Below are positions 58,754 to 64,000 of a stretch of DNA of 64,000 bases, piece after piece. The notes beneath the pieces are model-generated. The model was not told the origin of the DNA, did not search any database, and saw only the letters and a list, made by a program, of their open reading frames with translations. The DNA is from Acidobacteriota bacterium (lineage in GTDB: Bacteria > Acidobacteriota > UBA6911 > RPQK01 > JAJDTT01): positions 5,280,001 through 5,344,000 of the forward strand of contig CBDCJH010000002.1 in NCBI GenBank assembly GCA_965217775.1, written 5' to 3'. The position numbers and the translations under genes were made by a program. The stretch's first letter is position 1, and each line of letters begins with the position of its first letter.

Positions 58754-59461
58754 CTAATCGGGTGTCTTTCGGATCTTCAGGTGCTTGCGGATCCAGCTCT
58801 GGTCCTGGAGTTTGATGTCGTAGTCCTTCCGCAAAGGAAATCCATGCCAGTCGTCGGGAAGGAGAATCCGTTTCATGTCGGGATGGCCGGAGAACAGAAT
58901 CCCGAACATGTCGTAGACCTCCCGTTCCAGCCAGTCGGCGGTCTTCCAGATGGAGGTCATGGAGGGAACCGGATCGCCCTCCCGCACCCGGCTCTTGACG
59001 CGAATCAGCTTTTTGGTCGCGTAGGAATAGAGCTGGTAGACCATCAGGAACCGTTCCTGGTCCCCCAGGTAGTCCAGGGCCGAGACGTCGATCAGGTAGT
59101 CGAAAGGAGATTCGGAATGGTCGCGCAGGGCGAGCATGACGTCGTAGAGGGCGGCCGGCGTCACCGTGTAGATGCTCTGGCCCAGGAACGACTGCCCCGA
59201 GAGGATCTCGCCCGGAAACTGCTCTCTCAGACTCTCCAGGACCGCATCGTCCTTCAGGTCTTCGTAGCTCGGCCCCTTCTTTCTCCTCTTCCGAAGCCGC
59301 CGCTTGCGAAGCGGCCGCTTGCGAAGAAGTCGCTTGCGAACCGGCCGCTTGCGAACCGGCCGCTTCCGCGCGGGACGGGCAACCCGGGTCCTGGGGCGCC
59401 GCGCCGGCTTCGGCTTCTCGCCGTCTGAGTTGGTCTTCTTCGCCCTGGTCTCGTCGTCCAT
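58754..59461 (-). CDS. nuoC: NADH-quinone oxidoreductase subunit C with an Arg/Lys-rich N-terminal repeat
   Basis: [14 protein letters not shown]...[11 protein letters not shown]...PLRKDY. Confidence 0.93.
   Translation of the reverse strand: MDDETRAKKTNSDGEKPKPARRPRTRVARPARKRPVRKRPVRKRLLRKRPLRKRRLRKRRKKGPSYEDLKDDAVLESLREQFPGEILSGQSFLGQSIYTVTPAALYDVMLALRDHSESPFDYLIDVSALDYLGDQERFLMVYQLYSYATKKLIRVKSRVREGDPVPSMTSIWKTADWLEREVYDMFGILFSGHPDMKRILLPDDWHGFPLRKDYDIKLQDQSWIRKHLKIRKTPD
59286..59368 (-). repeat. 15-nt coding tandem repeat (~5.5 units) in nuoC
   Basis: Plus-strand units CGCTTGCGAA(C/G)CGGC encode [20 protein letters not shown]. Confidence 0.85.
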
Positions 59462-59497
59462 CTTCAAGAGGGGTTGGGAAGGGCTTCCCGGGGGAAG

Positions 59498-59986
59498 CTA
59501 GCTGGCCCGCGGCTCCGGCTTGTCCGTGATACTCATCAGATCGATCTTGTCCTGAAGACGCATGAGCCCGTACAGGAGCGCCTCGGGCCGCGGCGGGCAC
59601 CCTGGAATGTACACGTCCACCGGTATGACTTTATCCACGCCCTGCAAGGTCGAATAGGTGTCGAAGGGACCTCCGGCGCTGGAGCAGGCCCCCATGGAGA
59701 TGACCCACTTGGGATCCGGCATCTGCACGTAGAGGCGCTGGATCACCTCGGCCATCTTCAGGGTGACGGTTCCGGCCACGATGATCAGGTCGGACTGGCG
59801 CGGCGACGGTCTGAAGATGCCGGCTCCGAACCGGTCCATGTCGAATCGGGAGGCGCCGGTGGCCATCATCTCGATGGCGCAGCAGGCCAGACCGAAAGTC
59901 ATGGGCCAGAGGGAGGACTTCCGCGCCCAGTTGAAGACCGAGTCGGCCGTCGTGGTGATGACGTTCTTCTCTATGCTCCGGTCCAT
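59498..59986 (-). CDS. nuoB: NADH-quinone oxidoreductase subunit B
   Basis: [29 protein letters not shown]. Confidence 0.97.
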   Translation of the reverse strand: MDRSIEKNVITTTADSVFNWARKSSLWPMTFGLACCAIEMMATGASRFDMDRFGAGIFRPSPRQSDLIIVAGTVTLKMAEVIQRLYVQMPDPKWVISMGACSSAGGPFDTYSTLQGVDKVIPVDVYIPGCPPRPEALLYGLMRLQDKIDLMSITDKPEPRAS

Positions 59987-60086
59987 GTTTCGACCTCGAT
60001 CGGGTTGATCGGAAACGGTTCGGGAGTCAGTGGCGAAAGTCCCGCTCCGCCCCGGTCGGGTTCAGCGGGATTTGTACCACGGGCCC

Positions 60087-60443
60087 CTATGCCCATTCCA
60101 GTGCGCCCTTTTTCCAAACGTAGAAATACCCCACGATCAGGATCCCCAGGAAGATGACCATTTCGATGAATCCGAAGAGGGCCAGCTTGTCGTAGATGAC
60201 CGCCCAGGGAAAGAGGAAGATCGTCTCCACGTCGAAAATGACGAAGAGGATGGCGATGATGTAGAAACGCACCGAAAATCGGCCTCTGGCGTCATTGATG
60301 GGGTCGACGCCGCATTCGTAGGGCATCAGCTTGTCCGCGGAGGGCAGATGGGGCCGAAGGAGTCTTCCCACCAGCAGTCCCACCACGGGGAGGGTGATGG
60401 CCACCAGGATGAAGATCAATATGGGAATGTAGGATCCGAGCAC
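60087..60443 (-). CDS. nuoA: NADH-quinone oxidoreductase subunit A
   Basis: PYECG, FVIFDVE, FLFPWA, KKGALEW. Confidence 0.96.
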   Translation of the reverse strand: MLGSYIPILIFILVAITLPVVGLLVGRLLRPHLPSADKLMPYECGVDPINDARGRFSVRFYIIAILFVIFDVETIFLFPWAVIYDKLALFGFIEMVIFLGILIVGYFYVWKKGALEWA

Positions 60444-60535
60444 CGCTAACTCCTTGGGGAAAGTCCCATCCGGGACCCGTTCACCGTACGAGTGCCTATT
60501 CTAGCAGACCGAATCACGGCGTTCGACGGAAAACA

Positions 60536-60558
60536 GGAGGGGGACATTCTTGTCCCCC
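60536..60558 (+). repeat. GGAG-tagged palindrome or terminator-like hairpin
   Basis: GGAG GGGGAC ATTCTT GTCCCC followed by a T-rich tail; same layout as the intron-target palindrome. Confidence 0.45.
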
Positions 60559-60690
60559 ACTCTTTTTCTCCGCGTTTCATTGTAATTTCGGGAGCTAATA
60601 CACCACCGCTCCCGGACAACCCCTCCCTATCTTCCCGGATCGCGCCGGCCCGTGGCAGGTGGAGAAGTTACTTGGAAACTACAAACTGAG

Positions 60691-60856
60691 GTGAGAAGCG
60701 GGGCCGTTGGTGGCGTGGTCGCCGTTGCCGTAGGTCTGAACTCAACGCCGTTGGGGACCCCTTTTTCGTGCCCCCATCAGTCCACCGGACTGTTCCGCCG
60801 CGAACCTGTCCGGAAGGAATCCAGGACCGACCCGCCGAGGAGGGTGCCGGCCGGGG
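60691..60856 (+). ncRNA. Candidate structured ncRNA (6S-like rod)
   Basis: Non-coding gap with nested long-range pairings: GGCCG 60702/CGGCC 60848, GGTC 60717/GACC 60825, TAGGT 60731/ACCTG 60804. Followed by a hairpin. The family assignment comes from remembered motif similarity only. Confidence 0.4.
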
Positions 60857-60883
60857 GAGGGCGACCGCAAGGGTCGCTCTCAC
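60857..60883 (-). repeat. Degenerate GTAG-family REP hairpin
   Basis: GAGGGCGACCGCAAGGGTCGCTCTCAC, same architecture as GAGGGCACCCACAAGGGG...CCCTAC. Confidence 0.55.
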
Positions 60884-60959
60884 AAGACGCGTTGACGTGC
60901 AGACCACAAGGAGGACGAGGAGCTTTGCGTCGATGAACGCTTCCGTGAAATGCATTGGG

Positions 60960-61229
60960 TCAGTTCGAGGCGGTCAAAGTGCGATGGGTCACGGATCGAA
61001 CCTCACCAGAAAGGTCATCGACATGAACGACCTTGAAGGTTCGTTCGGTGTTCAGGGGGAGTAGAAAAGACGGTCGAACGAAGCTGATGGTCACCTTCCA
61101 GGTAGGTGGTCCTTCCGTGAATCTGATCTCTTCCAGCCTTGGATCCTGGATTTCTTCATCCGCAAAAATCGTGACGAGGCTCTCCTTCGCTTTTTTCACG
61201 GCTTCTCTGACGTCCATTCGGCCCTTCAT
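60960..61229 (-). CDS. Small conserved hypothetical protein
   Basis: MDVREAVKKAK...RLEEI...WKVTISF...FKVVHVDD.SGEVRSV pattern; AAGGAG upstream. Confidence 0.65.
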   Translation of the reverse strand: MKGRMDVREAVKKAKESLVTIFADEEIQDPRLEEIRFTEGPPTWKVTISFVRPSFLLPLNTERTFKVVHVDDLSGEVRSVTHRTLTASN

Positions 61230-61555
61230 GGTTCCACCATCTCCTTTCTCCAGCCGCACGGTCCATTCTCCCATTTCCCCAACCACGAGACCATCAGGGG
61301 GAGCTGACGCTCGCTACGATGCGCGTGTTGGATTTGGCCCATGCGGTCCCGGAGGTCCCCGATTCTCGACTTCAAGCCGTCGATTCCGCCGGATAGACGA
61401 AACTCTGACCGATTCATCCTGGACTTCAGGCGGGCCTAAAACTGTACAATGTCCTGGCGCAACTCGACGCGTACATTCCTGATGGCTCGGCCGGTGAGGA
61501 GAGACCCCCAAATGACGATGGCGGGACTGATCCACTGAGCAAGTTCGCTCGGCAT
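61226..61555 (-). pseudogene. Possible pseudogene of a short TM + coiled-coil protein
   Basis: ORFs 61436..61657 and 61226..61417 share a frame and are separated by one TAG at 61436-61438. Confidence 0.35.
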
Positions 61556-62086
61556 CGGTTCCTTCTGGCGAACAGCCATAGCGTCCCGGATGCGCTCCGG
61601 TGTCCGGACGGCAACTGAACGGGCAGTCTTCCCAAATCGGACCTCGATCCGCCTCATGCTAAATTGAACTCAGTCGTTACACCTATAGGAGACCCTATCC
61701 CAGACCTGCGAAGCTATCCTGGAGGTTGTGAACAGGAGGGATATTTCCGAGCGGCGCTGCCACGAACGGCCCGGGCTTTCGAGTCGGTGTCCCTGGAGCC
61801 CCTCGAAGGAGGAATTGTCGAGCCGAAGTTCTGCGCCTGCGTCGAGCACGTCCACGAGATCCCGGCTCCAAGATTGTTCCGGCGCAGAATCGGTCTGTTG
61901 GAGTGCCAATGCCATTCAAACTGAATCCTCTCTTCAGCCGAATCATGCGGAATGATCTCCAGTCCAGCGATGAACGAGCCGTGATTCCGCGCGCCCGACC
62001 AATGACCGATTCCAAAACTCAGGGAACACCATCAATTGGTTGGAATCCTTAATCAATATGCTTATATTCGTGTCAGGATCGCACTG

Positions 62087-62800
62087 GTGATTGCTCTTAT
62101 TGACTACGATAATCTTGATATCCTGGTACGTCGTCGTGGCGTGAGGCACGTCATAACTAGTCTGCTCCAGGCGCTGGTTCGTCAGCGAGTCGCCGGAGAG
62201 CGGACGATAGACTGCCGCCTATACGGCGGCTGGTTCGAAAAAACATCGCTGTCCCCCCACGCACAACGGCTCTTGCCAGAGGTGCGGCGCGAGTTCCCGA
62301 GTTCCATAACCGTCCCCGATCGCGAGGGCACAAGGATTATTCTCGTTCGCGCAGAGCTAGCGCTTACGATGGTTTGCGATCCCAAAGTAGAACTCACGCA
62401 TACGTACCGCCGGCGTTCACTACCGCGACGTTTACAATGTGTCGCACCGCCCTTCCCGAACTGCGCGGATCCATCGCGTTGTCCAATTGCGAGCCTCAAT
62501 CCGTTCATTCGGGACGATGCGTGTCCAGTGGACAGCTGTGTTGTTACGCCCCGTACAGCATTGAAACGCGCAGAGCAGAAACTGGTCGACTCCATGATCG
62601 TCATCGATCTGGCACATCTGGCGGACGTGACGTCGGAGCCTCTGATCGTGGTTTCGGCGGACGATGATCTTTGGCCGGGCATTCGCTTTGTACTTCTACG
62701 CGGAGCGCGCGTCGTACATGTGGTACCTCGCCACGGTAGATCGGCGTCGGATCGGTATCTGCGTCTAGAAACGGCAAGGTATACCCAACTCGTATTGTAG
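62087..62800 (+). CDS. NYN (LabA/DUF88, PIN-fold) ribonuclease-like protein with a Cys-rich insert
   Basis: LIDYDN, RLYGGW, EQKLVD, VVSADDDLWP acidic motifs; GTG start after AGGA. Confidence 0.8.
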   Translation: MIALIDYDNLDILVRRRGVRHVITSLLQALVRQRVAGERTIDCRLYGGWFEKTSLSPHAQRLLPEVRREFPSSITVPDREGTRIILVRAELALTMVCDPKVELTHTYRRRSLPRRLQCVAPPFPNCADPSRCPIASLNPFIRDDACPVDSCVVTPRTALKRAEQKLVDSMIVIDLAHLADVTSEPLIVVSADDDLWPGIRFVLLRGARVVHVVPRHGRSASDRYLRLETARYTQLVL

Positions 62801-62810
62801 GAGGCAACAC

Positions 62811-64000
62811 ATGCAGATCGATGATTTCATGCGAATCGTGACTTGCTTTGCCGATCACGGAGATGATGTGTACAAGAGCCAGGGTGAACTGGTGGTTCAA
62901 ATTCGAGATGAGACGATAAGTGCCAAGTTGCTTCAACGTGCCGGACGGTTGATCGTCGAAGAAGATGATCAGCGGATGCCTGCCGAGTCATGGATCGTGA
63001 ACCGCGTGGCGCGAGTTTCACTGTTGGCAAATCGCGTTTGTTCGTACGTTTCGCCACCGCCTCACTTTGTCACGCCATCCGGTCGCTTTCTCGATCGACC
63101 GGATCAGGCATCCTCAGACGACGATGTCCACCAGGAGAACGTGGTGCAGACTCTGACTGAGACGCTCGACCAACACGTTGCAGGTACGACATCGGTAGTC
63201 TACCTGACGTCCGATGCGGGCGAAGGCAAGACGTCACTCATCGATTTTCTGGCCGTCAAACAGGCGGAGGAATACCGGGCGAAACGATCGGATTGGCTGC
63301 TCGTCCCGATTCCTCTAGGGGGAAGGACGTTTCTGAGGTTTGACGACGTAGTCGTTTCGGCGCTTGTGAACCGGCTGCGCTTTCAACTTCTCTACTACGA
63401 CGCGTTTCTCGAGTTGGTGCGCCTCGGCGTACTGGTGCCAGCTTTCGACGGTTTCGAAGAGATGATCGTAGAGTCGTCCCCCGGCGAAGCTATATCTGCA
63501 CTCGGTGGTTTGGTCACACGCCTACAGTCTGCTGGAACGCTTCTCATTGCGGCTCGCAAGGCATATTTCGACTATCCTAGCTTCAGTTCGCAGGCAAGGC
63601 TCTTCGACAGCATCGGTGCCGGCCGAGATGTGGCGTTCAATCGTGTTTCGTTGAATTGTTGGGACCGAAACAAATTCACGCAGTACGCGCGCAAACGAGG
63701 TGTGGATGCCCCTTATGATCTGTTTAATGTGGTCGCGGATCGGCTTGGCGAACGGCATCCCGTGTTGACCCGTGCCGTGCTGGTTACTCGACTCGTCGAC
63801 GTCGCGAGAAACGAAGCTGATCTACAGGGGGTACTGAAACGCGTCGGACAGGATCCCCAGGATTACTTTCACGAGTTTGTCAGCGGCCTCGTAGAACGGG
63901 AAGCCAAGCACAAGTGGTTGGACACCTCCGGAGATCCACCCCAGTCGATATTAACGACTGAGGAACATCACGAATTGTTGGCTAGTTTGGCGCAAGAAAT
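62811..64000 (+). CDS. NACHT/STAND-like P-loop NTPase (runs off the right window edge)
   Basis: Not in the ORF track; translated by hand. AGGAGG RBS and ATG 62811, open to the window end. Walker A YLTSDAGEGKTS (~63201-63236), Walker B LVPAFDGFEE (~63432-63461), LLIAARKAYF, and a helical HELLASLAQE segment. Confidence 0.8.
   Translation, partial: MQIDDFMRIVTCFADHGDDVYKSQGELVVQIRDETISAKLLQRAGRLIVEEDDQRMPAESWIVNRVARVSLLANRVCSYVSPPPHFVTPSGRFLDRPDQASSDDDVHQENVVQTLTETLDQHVAGTTSVVYLTSDAGEGKTSLIDFLAVKQAEEYRAKRSDWLLVPIPLGGRTFLRFDDVVVSALVNRLRFQLLYYDAFLELVRLGVLVPAFDGFEEMIVESSPGEAISALGGLVTRLQSAGTLLIAARKAYFDYPSFSSQARLFDSIGAGRDVAFNRVSLNCWDRNKFTQYARKRGVDAPYDLFNVVADRLGERHPVLTRAVLVTRLVDVARNEADLQGVLKRVGQDPQDYFHEFVSGLVEREAKHKWLDTSGDPPQSILTTEEHHELLASLAQE

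Noticed and set aside
59286-59368. Possible CRISPR array
   Set aside because: Contiguous 15-nt coding repeats without spacers. I saw no regularly spaced repeat-spacer array or cas gene anywhere in the window.
60803-60826. SRP RNA (TCCGGAAGGAA resembles the helix 8 tetraloop)
   Set aside because: The flanking conserved CAGG and AGCAG internal-loop bases are not in the required positions.
61670-61915. Degraded HigB-like toxin
   Set aside because: Only a vague resemblance (LVDVLDAG...LQGHR); cannot be supported without a profile search.

Overview
GC-rich bacterial chromosomal window. Gene content and order (split atpZ/I-B-E, nuoABCDHIJKLMN without nuoEFG, Cys-type CcmE) suggest Acidobacteriota or a similar diderm lineage; this is inference. 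Most of it is housekeeping: thyA-folA, aroC-def-fmt-rsmB-PASTA-rpe-bamD-valS-nadC-birA-ftsY, mlaEFD, dnaK, ccm, atp Fo genes and nuo. Accessory regions flank it: secreted SGNH, LamG-Ig and BNR proteins plus a VapBC45-like TA pair and an atypical tRNA-Leu on the left, and a compositionally distinct island on the right. The most notable observations are: (1) a complete group II intron whose EBS1/EBS2 match a GGAG-tagged palindromic repeat, inserted in the loop of one copy, with an empty related copy at 39050; (2) a 160-bp palindromic MITE in three copies, stop-free in one orientation, which adds exactly 54 codons in frame inside a secreted protein; (3) a closely linked NYN ribonuclease + NACHT/STAND NTPase pair, a candidate anti-phage system that runs off the right edge; (4) a candidate structured ncRNA upstream of nuoA. 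All calls come from reading the sequence and motifs; no searches were run.
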